Positions 21,677 through 32,086 of a DNA stretch of 64,000 nucleotides are shown here, piece after piece. The translations under genes and the position numbers were made by a program. The DNA lies in assembly GCA_977020255.1 (NCBI GenBank), contig CDROCS010005135.1, positions 62,001-126,000 of the forward strand. Direction: 5' to 3'. The stretch is from Obrimoposthia wandeli (taxonomy: Eukaryota). Below the pieces are notes generated by a model. It had not been told where the DNA came from. It ran no database searches and saw nothing but the letters and a program-made list of their open reading frames with translations. Every line of letters starts with the position of its first letter. Positions within the stretch are counted from its first letter, which is position 1.

Positions 21677-22675
21677 ATGATTATGGAAAAGGCATTGAAT
21701 TTTGAACAATACGTAAACCTTGCAGACCCTAAATTAGGCGCTGAAGCAATCTTTGCCACTGATGATTTTTTTGCAGACAAAAGCCGTTTGATCCGTACCG
21801 AAGCAGCGGAATGGAAAGAGGATCTTTATGATGATAACGGCAAGTGGATGGATGGTTGGGAATCACGCCGTAAACGTAGTGAAGGCTATGACTTTTGTGT
21901 CGTTCGACTGGGTCTTGCGGGAACGATTGCGGGTTTAGATATTGATACTTCATTTTTCACTGGTAACTTTCCACCATCAGCATCGGTTGATGCTTGTTAT
22001 AGCCCTAACGGTGAACCGTCTGATAGCACTGAATGGCAAGAAATTCTGTCGTCACAAAGCCTTCAAGGTGACAGCCACCACTTACATGCATTAGATAGTG
22101 AGCAAGTTTTTACCCATGTCCGTTTAAATATTTACCCTGATGGTGGCGTAGCACGTTTACGTGTGTATGGTCGTCCGAGTGTTAACTGGGATCAAATTGG
22201 TACTGACCAAGAAATTGATTTAGCGGCTGTTGTTAATGGTGGTCGTGCACTGGCTTGTAGTGATGAACACTTTGGTAAGAAGTCTAATATATTAGGCCCT
22301 GGTCGTGGTGAAAATATGGGTGATGGTTGGGAAACCGCACGTCGTCGTACTCCGGGTAATGATTGGGTGATTGTTGCATTAGGTCGTCCAGGCAAAATTG
22401 GCAAAGTCGTGATTGATACCGCACACTTTAAAGGCAACTTTCCTGATAGCTGTTCAATTCAAGCCGCTTATGTGCAAGGTGGAACTGATGATCAGGTCGA
22501 GACGCAAAGCTTGTTCTGGCGTGAATTAATGCCTTCGCAAAAGTTATCTGCTCATAATATTCATGAGTTTGTTGAACAGGTGAATAATCTTGGGGCAGTC
22601 ACGCATGTGCGTCTAAATATTTTCCCTGATGGTGGCATTAGCCGTCTGCGTCTTTTCGGTTTGAAAAGCGAATAA
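21677..22675 (+). CDS. alc: Allantoicase
   Basis: Two repeats with DGWESRRKR / [26 protein letters not shown]. Confidence 0.95.
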   Translation: MIMEKALNFEQYVNLADPKLGAEAIFATDDFFADKSRLIRTEAAEWKEDLYDDNGKWMDGWESRRKRSEGYDFCVVRLGLAGTIAGLDIDTSFFTGNFPPSASVDACYSPNGEPSDSTEWQEILSSQSLQGDSHHLHALDSEQVFTHVRLNIYPDGGVARLRVYGRPSVNWDQIGTDQEIDLAAVVNGGRALACSDEHFGKKSNILGPGRGENMGDGWETARRRTPGNDWVIVALGRPGKIGKVVIDTAHFKGNFPDSCSIQAAYVQGGTDDQVETQSLFWRELMPSQKLSAHNIHEFVEQVNNLGAVTHVRLNIFPDGGISRLRLFGLKSE

Positions 22676-22707
22676 TTGGCCGAATACAACCAAGAGGGGA
22701 GAGGATA

Positions 22708-23301
22708 ATGGAACTGCAAAATATCATTGACCAATCGATAGAGGCACCATCAACAGAAGCATCAGCGACTGAAACGTTATCGTTGAATAAAACATTGAAG
22801 GTTGAACCTTTAACACCAGAAGCCTTTAAGCCATTTGGTGATTTAATTGATAAAGATAACAGTGAGTTCTTTATGATTAATAATGGTTCAACACGACGCT
22901 ATCACCGCATGGCAGATGTCGATGTTGCAGATAATGGTGGCGAGCCGATTATCAGTATATTTCAAGCAACCCCATTGCAGTACCCGCTATCAATAAAGAT
23001 GATGGAACGTCATCCGCTGGGTTCTCAGGCGTTTGTTCCTCTTTTGGGTAACCCTTATTTGATCCTTGTCGCCCCGAAAGCTGATACGCCAGATCCTGAT
23101 GCAATACGTGCATTTATCAGCAATGGTAAACAAGGTGTGAATTATCACAAAGGTGTTTGGCATCACCCAGTTTTAGCCTTGAAAGAAGAAGATCAATTTT
23201 TGGTTGTTGATAGGGCTGGCCCCGGTAATAACTGTGATGAAGTGTATTTTTCAGACAAGGTACAGGTTGAATTAACATTGGATGATTTGGTGTCGGTTTA
23301 G
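22708..23301 (+). CDS. allA: Ureidoglycolate lyase
   Basis: EPLTPEAFKPFGD, MERHPLGSQAF, GVNYHKGVWHHP. Confidence 0.92.
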   Translation: MELQNIIDQSIEAPSTEASATETLSLNKTLKVEPLTPEAFKPFGDLIDKDNSEFFMINNGSTRRYHRMADVDVADNGGEPIISIFQATPLQYPLSIKMMERHPLGSQAFVPLLGNPYLILVAPKADTPDPDAIRAFISNGKQGVNYHKGVWHHPVLALKEEDQFLVVDRAGPGNNCDEVYFSDKVQVELTLDDLVSV

Positions 23302-23455
23302 TACCAAAGATAGCGTTACCTTTAGTGTAAATATCTTTCTTTCTTACTCCTCAGTTGAAGAAAGCGATATACCAAAAGGCAAGGAAGAGCAATTTAATTA
23401 AATATGTTGATAGGCCACAGGCGATGAACATAGCAATGTATTCGAGGAGTTTATT

Positions 23456-24664
23456 ATGGATCCACATATTACTGAATGGCTGAACTTAGCAATCCGCTGG
23501 GCTCATATGGTAGTAGGTGTCGCATGGATTGGCGCATCATTTTATTTTAACTGGTTAGAAAACAACCTGAACCGCGTGAACCCTAAAACAGGGCTTACCG
23601 GAGACTTATGGGCGATTCATGGGGGCGGTATTTATCACCTAGAAAAATACAAACTTGCCCCACCTAGCATGCCTGAAAATCTGCATTGGTTTAAGTGGGA
23701 AGCGTATTTCACATGGATCACCGGCATGTGCTTGTTGTTTGTCGTCTACTACCTAAATGCTGAAATTTATCTTATCGCACCAGGCTCAGGTTTAGATTCG
23801 ACCACCGCAATTGCGCTAGGCTTGGGTGTGTTAATCACGGGTTGGTTTGTTTATGACTTCTTGTGTGATTCTGCATTAGGTAAAAGGCCCGTATTGCTTG
23901 CGGCAATCCTATTCTTCCTTTTAGTCGGGGCAACATACGGTTTAACCCAAGTATTCAGTGGGCGTGGTGCTTACATTCATATCGGTGCGATCATCGGTAC
24001 GATTATGGTGGGTAACGTATTTCGCGTCATCATGCCTGCACAGCGTAACCTTGTAAAAGCGATTGAAGAAAACCGAGCGCCAGATCCAGCGTTACCAGCA
24101 AAAGGGCTTTTGCGTTCTCGTCATAATAACTACTTAACGCTACCTGTGCTGTTCATTATGATCAGTAATCACTTTCCTAGTACGTATGGTTCGCAGTACA
24201 ACTGGTTGATTTTAGCGGGTCTTGCTGTATTTAGTATCTTGGTTCGCCATTACTTTAATACGCGTCATGGTAGCCAGAAATACGCATGGACAGTGCCAAT
24301 TGCAGCATTAGGTATGATTGCCTTAGCGTTTGTGACATCACCTTATGGTTCAACGTCATCAACTGTTACGACGGCGTCAACGACAGAAGCAGCGTCTGCG
24401 GGAGTCAGTTTTAAGGCGGTAAATACCGTGATTCAAGCGCGTTGTAGTGTATGTCATTCCGCAACACCCACGCATGCTGCTTTTACAACAGCGCCAGCAG
24501 GGGTCATTTTAGATACCGCTGATGAAATTAAAATAAACATACCACGCATTATGGCTCAGGCGGTACAAACAAAAGTGATGCCTCTGGGTAACCTTACTCA
24601 AATGACCGATGATGAGCGCAACCTTATCGGGACTTGGGTCAAGCAGGGGGCTGTTATTCAATAA
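23456..24664 (+). CDS. puuD: Urate hydroxylase PuuD (membrane protein with C-terminal cytochrome c)
   Basis: RWAHMVVGVAWIGASFYF, LHWFKWEAY, RSRHNNYLTLP, C-terminal CSVCH heme motif. Confidence 0.9.
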   Translation: MDPHITEWLNLAIRWAHMVVGVAWIGASFYFNWLENNLNRVNPKTGLTGDLWAIHGGGIYHLEKYKLAPPSMPENLHWFKWEAYFTWITGMCLLFVVYYLNAEIYLIAPGSGLDSTTAIALGLGVLITGWFVYDFLCDSALGKRPVLLAAILFFLLVGATYGLTQVFSGRGAYIHIGAIIGTIMVGNVFRVIMPAQRNLVKAIEENRAPDPALPAKGLLRSRHNNYLTLPVLFIMISNHFPSTYGSQYNWLILAGLAVFSILVRHYFNTRHGSQKYAWTVPIAALGMIALAFVTSPYGSTSSTVTTASTTEAASAGVSFKAVNTVIQARCSVCHSATPTHAAFTTAPAGVILDTADEIKINIPRIMAQAVQTKVMPLGNLTQMTDDERNLIGTWVKQGAVIQ

Positions 24665-24740
24665 CTGCGCCATGCTAAATGTAAGCGCTAGATGTAAGCT
24701 TTACTATCCGTAAATACATTCGCATTTGATAATGTACTTC

Positions 24741-24790
24741 CCAGTGATACTCACTCTATTTATAAGTCGTGAGTATCGCTGGTTTTTTTT
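24741..24790 (+). terminator. Rho-independent terminator after puuD
   Basis: CCAGTGATACTCAC/GTGAGTATCGCTGG stem plus T8. Confidence 0.85.
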
Positions 24791-24909
24791 ATGTAATACC
24801 CGTCTGAATAAAAAATGTCCTTATCTTGATGTTTATTGTCTTAATGTTTGTAATGGTTCGTACCTATTGGCGCTAGAATTCTCCCTATCAATTTAGAGGA
24901 GAAACAAAC

Positions 24910-25476
24910 ATGAACCGAAAAAATATCAGTATTGAAATTTTAGACGATCACCCTGCCTATCAGTGGGCGAAACGACAGTCTGATTCTGTAAATGCAATGG
25001 GACATATAGGCACGCACATTGATTGTTATACAAAAATGCCGACAGAGACGGAATATACGACGCCAGTTCACATTATTGATTGTACAGAAGCAATGCCAAC
25101 GTTAGAGCAAGTTGAATCGCTTGAACTATCGGGTAAATCATTAATTTTATTTACAGGTAACGTAGAAGAAAATGACTACGGAAATCCTAATTATGGTGCG
25201 AAATCTACGGTACTAAATAGCGACGTACTGGATTCTATTCTAAAAAGTTCGCCAATGTTTATTGTGATAGATAGCTATGGCATTGGTGCGCATGGTGACG
25301 AACATATTTCGTTCGATAAGCGCTGTGAAGACAAGAATTGTTTCGTGATAGAAAACGTTCGCCTGACTAAAGTAATGCTGGGCACTTTAGATTCGCTAGA
25401 GATCAGTTTCGATTCATCCTCTGCCTCTACGGGTAAGCGCTGTGAGGTTATTGCGCTTAGCAGTAAGGCGGAATAA
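24910..25476 (+). CDS. Cyclase-family (kynurenine formamidase-like) metal hydrolase, short form
   Basis: GHIGTHIDC motif (HxGTHxD), FVIENV; 188 aa. Confidence 0.75.
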   Translation: MNRKNISIEILDDHPAYQWAKRQSDSVNAMGHIGTHIDCYTKMPTETEYTTPVHIIDCTEAMPTLEQVESLELSGKSLILFTGNVEENDYGNPNYGAKSTVLNSDVLDSILKSSPMFIVIDSYGIGAHGDEHISFDKRCEDKNCFVIENVRLTKVMLGTLDSLEISFDSSSASTGKRCEVIALSSKAE

Positions 25477-26180
25477 TGGCTGTAAACTGTAAGATCCTTG
25501 AATTAAGATACCTCAACCAAAAGACATTAAGCGTTTCTTTGGAATCCGAGAGCGACTTCGATTTTCTTGCGGGTCAATATGTAGTGCTTGAGTTGGGCAA
25601 GAGCGGGAAATTACCCTTTTCGATTGCCAGCTCGCCTAAGAGTAACCGCGAGTTTGAGCTGCATTTGGGTGGCATTTCAAAAGAGAGCTCTTTAGCAAAT
25701 GGCGTCATGTATTTGCAGCAGTGCTTTCAAAATGGTGAAACCGTGGTGGTTGAAAGAGCGAAGGGTAATGCTTGGTTGCGTTCTACTGATGGCAAGATTG
25801 TACTGGTCGCTGGAGGTTCAGGTTACACCTATACCCGCAGCCTGCTACATGAAGCCATAAAACAAAACCAAGAGAGTGAAATTACACTCTATTGGGGAGC
25901 ATATAGCGAGAATGACCTTTATGAGCATGATTACCTCGTTGAGCTAGAAGCGGCATACTCTGGTTTTACCTATATTCCTATAACTGAATCTATTTCGAAT
26001 AATATCGTTGCACATCACGGACGGTTGCTCGATATAGTGTATGAAGATTTCGACTTTAATACTCCGGCAGATCTTTATATCTGCGGGCGCTATGAAATGG
26101 TTCAGGCTGCATATTCACATCTTAATAATGTATATGAAGGCCAACTAAATATTTATTCAGATGCGTTACCCGCCGCCTAA
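25476..26180 (+). CDS. NAD(P)H-flavin reductase (Fre/LuxG family)
   Basis: FLAGQY, PFSIASSP, ELHLGG, VAGGSG, YICGRYEMV; TAATG overlap with the cyclase gene. Confidence 0.85.
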   Translation: MAVNCKILELRYLNQKTLSVSLESESDFDFLAGQYVVLELGKSGKLPFSIASSPKSNREFELHLGGISKESSLANGVMYLQQCFQNGETVVVERAKGNAWLRSTDGKIVLVAGGSGYTYTRSLLHEAIKQNQESEITLYWGAYSENDLYEHDYLVELEAAYSGFTYIPITESISNNIVAHHGRLLDIVYEDFDFNTPADLYICGRYEMVQAAYSHLNNVYEGQLNIYSDALPAA

Positions 26181-26447
26181 ATTATTCAGGTACTGTTTAG
26201 TGCCTGATTTTTTCAATTCCGAACAAAGTTCGTCACTATGGCTAACTCACTTCTGCCCCTTTGCGAGTTAGAGTAAAAGGTATTCATATTCTATTAGTTT
26301 TTATTTTATATACTTTTGATAATAGTAAAGCCGTATTATGCGGCTCTACGTTGTACTTAAATATGAAATCTACACTAACGGGCGTGATTATGTAGCAGCC
26401 AGATAAGATAAAATAAAGATCGCTTTTTAACGTTGATAGGAGCCCAC

Positions 26448-27527
26448 TCAATTACATTTTGTGTAGCCTGAACCGATGCAAATCATGGCCATTTTTTGAG
26501 CGTCCTCTACCTGGTTTTGTCGCATATCCTTTTTAATTGACTTCATAATCTGTTGAGACCTTTCAGAAAGTTCGTTCTTGTTAGCTAAAAGAATCCACAT
26601 ATATGATTTCATATTATTCTGAGTAACACCTTGCCCATTCATGTACATCAGGGCAAGATTATGTTGAGCCGATGCATACCCTTGCTCAGCGGCTTTGTGG
26701 TACCACTTTACCGCCTCACTATCATTCTGGGCAGCGCCTCGCCCATTCTCGTACATCAGCGCAAGATTATGTTGAGCCGATGCATACCCTTGCTCAGCGG
26801 CTTTGTGGTACCACTTGACCGCCTCACTATCATTTTGGGCAACGCCTCGACCATTCATGTACATCAGCGCAAGATTATACTGCCCCATGGCATATCCTTG
26901 GTCAGCAGCTTTGTAATACCACTTTACCGCCTCTTTATCATTCTGGGCAACTCCTTGCCCATGCATATACATCACCCCGAGATTATTTTTAGCAAAAGCA
27001 GTACCTTGCTCAGCGGCTTTGCGAAACCACCTGATCGCTTCTTTATCATTCTGGGCAACGCCTCGACCATTCATGTACATCAGCGCAAGATTATACTGCC
27101 CCATGGTATACCCTTGCTCAGCGGCTTTGTGGTACCACTTTACCGCCTCTTCATCATTCTGGGCAACGCCTTGCCCATGCATATACATCACACCAAGATT
27201 ATGCTGAGCCTTGGTATATCCTAGCTCAGCGGCTTTGCGGAACCACCTGATGGCCTCTTTATCATTTTGGCTAACACTTCTGCCCATCTTGTACATCACC
27301 CCAAGACCATTCTGCCCCAAGGCATCCCCTAGCTCAGCGGCTTTGCGGAACCACCTGACCGCCTCTTTATCATCTTGGATAACGCCTTTACCATTTACGT
27401 ACGCCAGTCCAAGATTATTTTGAGCTGATGCATTCCCCTGTTTGGCAGCTTGCTTAATTTTGCTGTTATTTTCATTAACAAAGGACTTTGGCGTAATGTT
27501 TTCACCATCGCCGCAGTATACTGTCAC
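26448..27527 (-). CDS. Sel1-like repeat protein (8 SLR units)
   Basis: 36-aa units AQxNLGxMYxxGxGVAQNDxEAVKWYxKAAEQG; start uncertain (GTG). Confidence 0.9.
   Translation of the reverse strand: MTVYCGDGENITPKSFVNENNSKIKQAAKQGNASAQNNLGLAYVNGKGVIQDDKEAVRWFRKAAELGDALGQNGLGVMYKMGRSVSQNDKEAIRWFRKAAELGYTKAQHNLGVMYMHGQGVAQNDEEAVKWYHKAAEQGYTMGQYNLALMYMNGRGVAQNDKEAIRWFRKAAEQGTAFAKNNLGVMYMHGQGVAQNDKEAVKWYYKAADQGYAMGQYNLALMYMNGRGVAQNDSEAVKWYHKAAEQGYASAQHNLALMYENGRGAAQNDSEAVKWYHKAAEQGYASAQHNLALMYMNGQGVTQNNMKSYMWILLANKNELSERSQQIMKSIKKDMRQNQVEDAQKMAMICIGSGYTKCN
26600..27440 (-). repeat. 108-bp tandem coding repeats with a 216-bp higher-order duplication
   Basis: Near-identical DNA in SLR units 3-4 versus 5-6 and in units 7 versus 8; boundaries approximate. 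Confidence 0.85.
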
Positions 27528-28027
27528 TGTTGCACACTCTGATGCTTTCCTCAGGCGCGGTCAGTACGCGTATTGAACAGTTGGTGAAAAGTGGTTTTGT
27601 CACTAAGTGAACAGGAGAGCTAAATAACCCAAAAGGGGATTGAGTTGGTGGACAGCAGCGGTTAATAATATCTTTCTCACTTTAACAATCCTAAATTTTA
27701 TTTTTATGAAAAACTAACTTAATCATACCTTTAGTTAGTTTCATACAATGTAACCAAATGCACAAATTAACTTGAATCAACGCTATTTTTTTAATCTCAT
27801 CAAATATAAAAGTTATCGAATCGAAACATGTCCGATAGAGTTTGAATTTTTCTGGCAGTTGTATCAATGATTTTAGATGACGAAGGTCAAATCGGGAGAG
27901 GGGGGTTAGTAATAATTTTTCCTATTATAGTTATAGATATTGGTTCAAATACTCTATCACGCTTCTGTCCAAAAGTTACTTAAGGGGAGGATGCGTAAGC
28001 GGATCTACCCTTAGTAACTATGGATAA

Positions 28028-28561
28028 TTAGAGTACTTGATTAGTCGTCACTAACGGTATACGAGTTGATACGGCATTCAGGGCGATTTTATGAATCATT
28101 TCATCTACTGTCGTACAGCAATCCATTAATATAGACACTGAGTATTTTTCAGCTGCTTTTGATATGGCGGTGTGTGTTACGCAGTTTTGCGTCATCATTC
28201 CACATATTAATAGTTCTTCAATACCTTGCTTTTGTAATACTTCTTCTAAATTGGTTTGCTCAAAGCTATCTGCGTAGGTTTTTACTACTACTTCACTATT
28301 TGGTGCGACAGCCATGATTTCTGGATGTATATTTACCCCTTCGCTGCCTTGGTTAAAGAATGGTGCGATGCCTTTTTCAGGGGCAGCTTCATGTTTGATA
28401 TGAATTACAGCAATGTTTTGTGCATTTGCTTTTTCAATCGCTGCTTTGATGTTGCTTAGTACCTGTACGGTATTCCAAAGTGGGAATTTCCCCTTTGGGA
28501 AATAGTCGTTTTGTAGATCGATAACAAGTAACGCTTTCTTGTTCATTTTCATTCTCCGCAA
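28028..28561 (-). CDS. Isochorismatase/cysteine hydrolase family protein
   Basis: ALLVIDLQNDY, VVKTYADSF, CGMMTQNCV. Confidence 0.88.
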   Translation of the reverse strand: MRRMKMNKKALLVIDLQNDYFPKGKFPLWNTVQVLSNIKAAIEKANAQNIAVIHIKHEAAPEKGIAPFFNQGSEGVNIHPEIMAVAPNSEVVVKTYADSFEQTNLEEVLQKQGIEELLICGMMTQNCVTHTAISKAAEKYSVSILMDCCTTVDEMIHKIALNAVSTRIPLVTTNQVL

Positions 28562-28667
28562 TTTGTATGTTGATATGCTAAGGGGATATTATCTTAGCTT
28601 GCAGGCTTTACATCAGAGTCTAAAATGACATAAAACAAGTTAAAAACGACAAAAAGTGGTTTAGTCA

Positions 28668-29588
28668 ATGAAACGAATATTAATAGGTATTTATCACTAT
28701 CCTAATGCTTTGAAATCGGCGGTTTATGGCTTGGAAGAAATGTTCCTAATGGCAAATAGCATCTGTAAAGAGCAAGGTGTTGATGTGATATTTGAGCCAA
28801 TTGTCTTTGAAGACACAAAACAGCTACCGCAGAATTTTGTCGTGATATTGTTACCTCCAAGCTTGCAGCGTAATGATTATGTCAACCCTAAAGCAGAGCT
28901 TATTGATTGGCTTAAAATACAGCATAGCCGAGGGGCTATCCTTGCTTCTGCCTGCGCTGGTGCTTTTATACTAGCAGCAACAAAGTTGGTAAAAACAAGG
29001 GCTGTTACTACGCATTGGGGCTTGTCCGATTTATTTCGTGCACAGTTTCCTCATATCGCGCTTAACAGCAATGAAATCTTAATTGATCATGGTGATGTAA
29101 TTACCGCAGGGGGCATGATGTCTTGGCTAGATCTAGGTTTTGAACTGGTCGCCAAATACTCCTCTGCAAGTGTAATGCGCAAATTGGGAAAACAGCTTGT
29201 TGTCGATACCGCGCCAAGGGAGCAGCGTTTTTATCAGCAATTCATACCCTCTTTTTTACATGGCGACCAAACTATAGTTAAGATTCAGCAAATAATGAAC
29301 TTGGACTATACGAAACCATTATTAATTCAAACCTTGGCTGAACAAGTTAACCTTACCGTACGCACCATGCAGCGTCGTTTCTTTAAGGCTACAGGTTATA
29401 ACCCCAACCGTTATTTACAGCGATTAAGAGTACAAAAGGCATGCGATTTACTTGAAAGTTCACAATACTCTTTTGAGTATATAGCCAATCAAGTGGGTTA
29501 TGAAGATACCAGTGCATGTCGAAAAATATTCATTAAAATTATAGGGCTAACACCGAGAGAGTTTCGTATGAGATTCACCCGAAACTAA
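28668..29588 (+). CDS. GlxA-family AraC regulator (DJ-1/PfpI plus HTH)
   Basis: SACAGAF, TTHW, ITAGG, C-terminal AraC HTH; divergent from the isochorismatase. Confidence 0.9.
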   Translation: MKRILIGIYHYPNALKSAVYGLEEMFLMANSICKEQGVDVIFEPIVFEDTKQLPQNFVVILLPPSLQRNDYVNPKAELIDWLKIQHSRGAILASACAGAFILAATKLVKTRAVTTHWGLSDLFRAQFPHIALNSNEILIDHGDVITAGGMMSWLDLGFELVAKYSSASVMRKLGKQLVVDTAPREQRFYQQFIPSFLHGDQTIVKIQQIMNLDYTKPLLIQTLAEQVNLTVRTMQRRFFKATGYNPNRYLQRLRVQKACDLLESSQYSFEYIANQVGYEDTSACRKIFIKIIGLTPREFRMRFTRN

Positions 29589-29725
29589 GTGTTTTACTGG
29601 GGGAGGGCTCGGTGTTGGATTTATCAACGTGAGGTAATTCCTGACAGAGCTCGTCATTGTAGTTAACTTACTTTACCCCATTTTTAGTTAACATATAAAA
29701 GACTGCCAACGGTGACCTTTTACAT

Positions 29726-29848
29726 TCAGTTTACGGGCGTTAAATTACTCTTATATTGTTCAAGCATTATTCGTAAAAATTTATCACGCGTGCGATTCGA
29801 TGCTTCCTTGGCTAGTCGAATGGATACTAATTTTTTCTGCTTCATCAT
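29726..29848 (-). CDS. Putative 40-aa basic small protein (not in ORF track)
   Basis: GAGGT RBS; MMKQKKLVSIRLAKEASNRTRDKFLRIMLEQYKSNLTPVN; downstream of dinI. Confidence 0.35.
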   Translation of the reverse strand: MMKQKKLVSIRLAKEASNRTRDKFLRIMLEQYKSNLTPVN

Positions 29849-29941
29849 ACATACCTCAATTTGATTACTTTAATTTTATATTAATAATCCAAAATGAAAG
29901 CTGAATGGAAACTTATTATGTTTATCTAATTTGATATGACG

Positions 29942-30178
29942 TTAATGTTCATAAAGCCATTCGTCTGCTTCATCAAACATTTCTTCAAGTAGCTGACTGA
30001 CTAATTTTTTATCTGAACTTAATGTTCCGAGTACAGTTAACGCATTGCTGTTCCCTTTACGTACGCGAATTACCGCTTCCGGCCAACGTAACAAGATACG
30101 ACGAGTAAATTCGTTTTCGAGCTTTGGAAACCCGTTATCAGGAAGGTTATTTTTATTCACCATCAATTCAATTTTCAT
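29942..30178 (-). CDS. dinI: DinI-family protein
   Basis: MKIELMVNK...LEEMFDEADEW; start ATG 30178 after GAGGTG; SOS box upstream. Confidence 0.85.
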   Translation of the reverse strand: MKIELMVNKNNLPDNGFPKLENEFTRRILLRWPEAVIRVRKGNSNALTVLGTLSSDKKLVSQLLEEMFDEADEWLYEH

Positions 30179-30196
30179 ACAACACCTCAATAAATA

Positions 30197-30212
30197 CTGT
30201 ATATAACAACAG
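30197..30212. promoter_or_regulatory. LexA (SOS) box
   Basis: CTGT-ATATAACA-ACAG, 19 bp upstream of the dinI start. Confidence 0.85.
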
Positions 30213-30485
30213 TGATTATATAGACAGTATTATGAAAAGCAATGGCTTCATCTCGATTCAGTCGCAAGCTTACGTTGTGAGTTATGAACTCAATCAACAT
30301 TTATCACATCCAAATTCAGCTTTCGACAGAACAGAAATGTGAGTTAACTCATTAATTGTATAGCACTTCCTCTGTTACCGTACCTGAGCATTTCGAGCAT
30401 CAGACGTGTATTGGTTTTGCAGTTTAGTACACGGTTTTACATAGTGATTTTGAAAAATAGAAATAACAACAGATAGTGGTGGAAT

Positions 30486-31979
30486 ATGATTAATAAAACG
30501 AGAACGTTAAGGTGGTTTACTGGAGGTGTTAGCGCAACGTTACTTTTGGTGCTGATTGGCTGTAAAAGTAATATCGAACTGGATTCAACAGCATCAACTT
30601 GCTCTCTAGTAGGTGGTACCTGGGATTTAATAGCTGATACCGATTACTCACAATGTGGTGGTTCAGGAAAAAAAGAAAAAATGATTTTTACGGTTACTCA
30701 GCAGGGGTGCCAATTATCAAATGATTATGGGGTTACTGGTACGATTGATGGCACAGATGTTAAATGGAATGTCCCCCCTTGGCCTATTAATGGCGGCGAA
30801 GTCACTTATCTTGAAGCCACAGCTAACATTCAGGATAAGAAAATAGAAGGGGGCTATTACTGGAAATGGAGTGATGGCAATACTGAGTGTTCAGGCACTA
30901 CCAAAGTAAATGGCACTATTTTGGCGAAGGAAGATGCGATGAGTGTCCAATCGGAGGTGAAAGAAAAAAATCCGATGTTATCACCAAAAGAGGGAAATAT
31001 TGCCCACACTTTTACATTAAAAACGCCCAGTGCTAAAGCCGTTTACCTTGCTGGAGAGATGAGCGATTGGAAAGATAATGTATTTAAAATGCAGCAAGGA
31101 GAAAACGATAATTGGTCTTTAACGCTGTATTTACCACAAGGGGCTTGGCAGTATAAATTCGTTGTAGATGGGCAGTGGAAATATGATCAAAGCAATCCAA
31201 AAACAACAGATGATGGCTTTGACGGTTTAAATTCGGTTATTGTTTTAGGGAAAGAGATTGCAGAATTAAGCGTTAACCAGAATATTCCCCATGGCTCAGT
31301 CATCAACAGTGATTTTGACAGTAAAGCCCTTGGTGAAAATAGTCCTTTTACCGTGTATCTGCCCCCTACTTACTCTGCTGATAGCCAAAAAAGTTATCCC
31401 CTTTTACTGTTACTGCATGGTTATGGTAGCGATCAAGAACAATGGGTCAGAGATGGGAAAATACAAAATTTCATGGACAATCTTATCCATGGCGGATTAA
31501 TTGAACCATTTATTATAGTTATGCCCTATGGTGATAAAAGTCAGTATGTGAACAACACAGAAACCCATATTATGGACGAGTTGATCCCCTATGTAAGGGA
31601 ACAGTATCGTATAAAGTCGGGTAAAACGTTCACCGCTATTTCAGGGGGATCAATGGGAGGGTTTGGCGCACTCTATTTGGCGCATCGCCATCAGGATGTT
31701 TTTGGGTTGTCTGTGCCACTCAGTGGTTATTTTGATCTAAGCTATTATCCAGAATTCAATCCGAAAAAATTCACTATGGAGCCAGAGCTTTATATCTATT
31801 GCGGTACTGATGATCATATTAGTTTTGCTCGTAATGAAGACCTTGTTAAATTGCTAAAAAAGGAAGGGGTTGATTTCACATATAAGACTGCATCTGGTGG
31901 TCATACTTGGCGATATTGGAATGGTATCACCACCGATTTCCTGACGGTTATATCTGATTTCTTTAATAAACAAGCTTAA
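30486..31979 (+). CDS. Lipoprotein with CBM48-like domain and alpha/beta-hydrolase esterase
   Basis: Lipobox LIGC; VYLAGEMSDW...YKFVVDGQW; LLLLHGYG, GGSMGG nucleophile elbow, GGHTW. Confidence 0.8.
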   Translation: MINKTRTLRWFTGGVSATLLLVLIGCKSNIELDSTASTCSLVGGTWDLIADTDYSQCGGSGKKEKMIFTVTQQGCQLSNDYGVTGTIDGTDVKWNVPPWPINGGEVTYLEATANIQDKKIEGGYYWKWSDGNTECSGTTKVNGTILAKEDAMSVQSEVKEKNPMLSPKEGNIAHTFTLKTPSAKAVYLAGEMSDWKDNVFKMQQGENDNWSLTLYLPQGAWQYKFVVDGQWKYDQSNPKTTDDGFDGLNSVIVLGKEIAELSVNQNIPHGSVINSDFDSKALGENSPFTVYLPPTYSADSQKSYPLLLLLHGYGSDQEQWVRDGKIQNFMDNLIHGGLIEPFIIVMPYGDKSQYVNNTETHIMDELIPYVREQYRIKSGKTFTAISGGSMGGFGALYLAHRHQDVFGLSVPLSGYFDLSYYPEFNPKKFTMEPELYIYCGTDDHISFARNEDLVKLLKKEGVDFTYKTASGGHTWRYWNGITTDFLTVISDFFNKQA

Positions 31980-32086
31980 CTATCAATGGCTATTGGGTTG
32001 TTGGGTTTCATGGGACCATACTTTGTTTACGTTCGAATCATGTAGGATCTGACTATGTGCCAGCAATAAGCGCGGCTTGTTAGAAT

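Noticed and set aside
25476-26180. luxG of a bioluminescence operon
   Set aside because: No luxCDABE nearby; called a generic Fre/LuxG-family reductase
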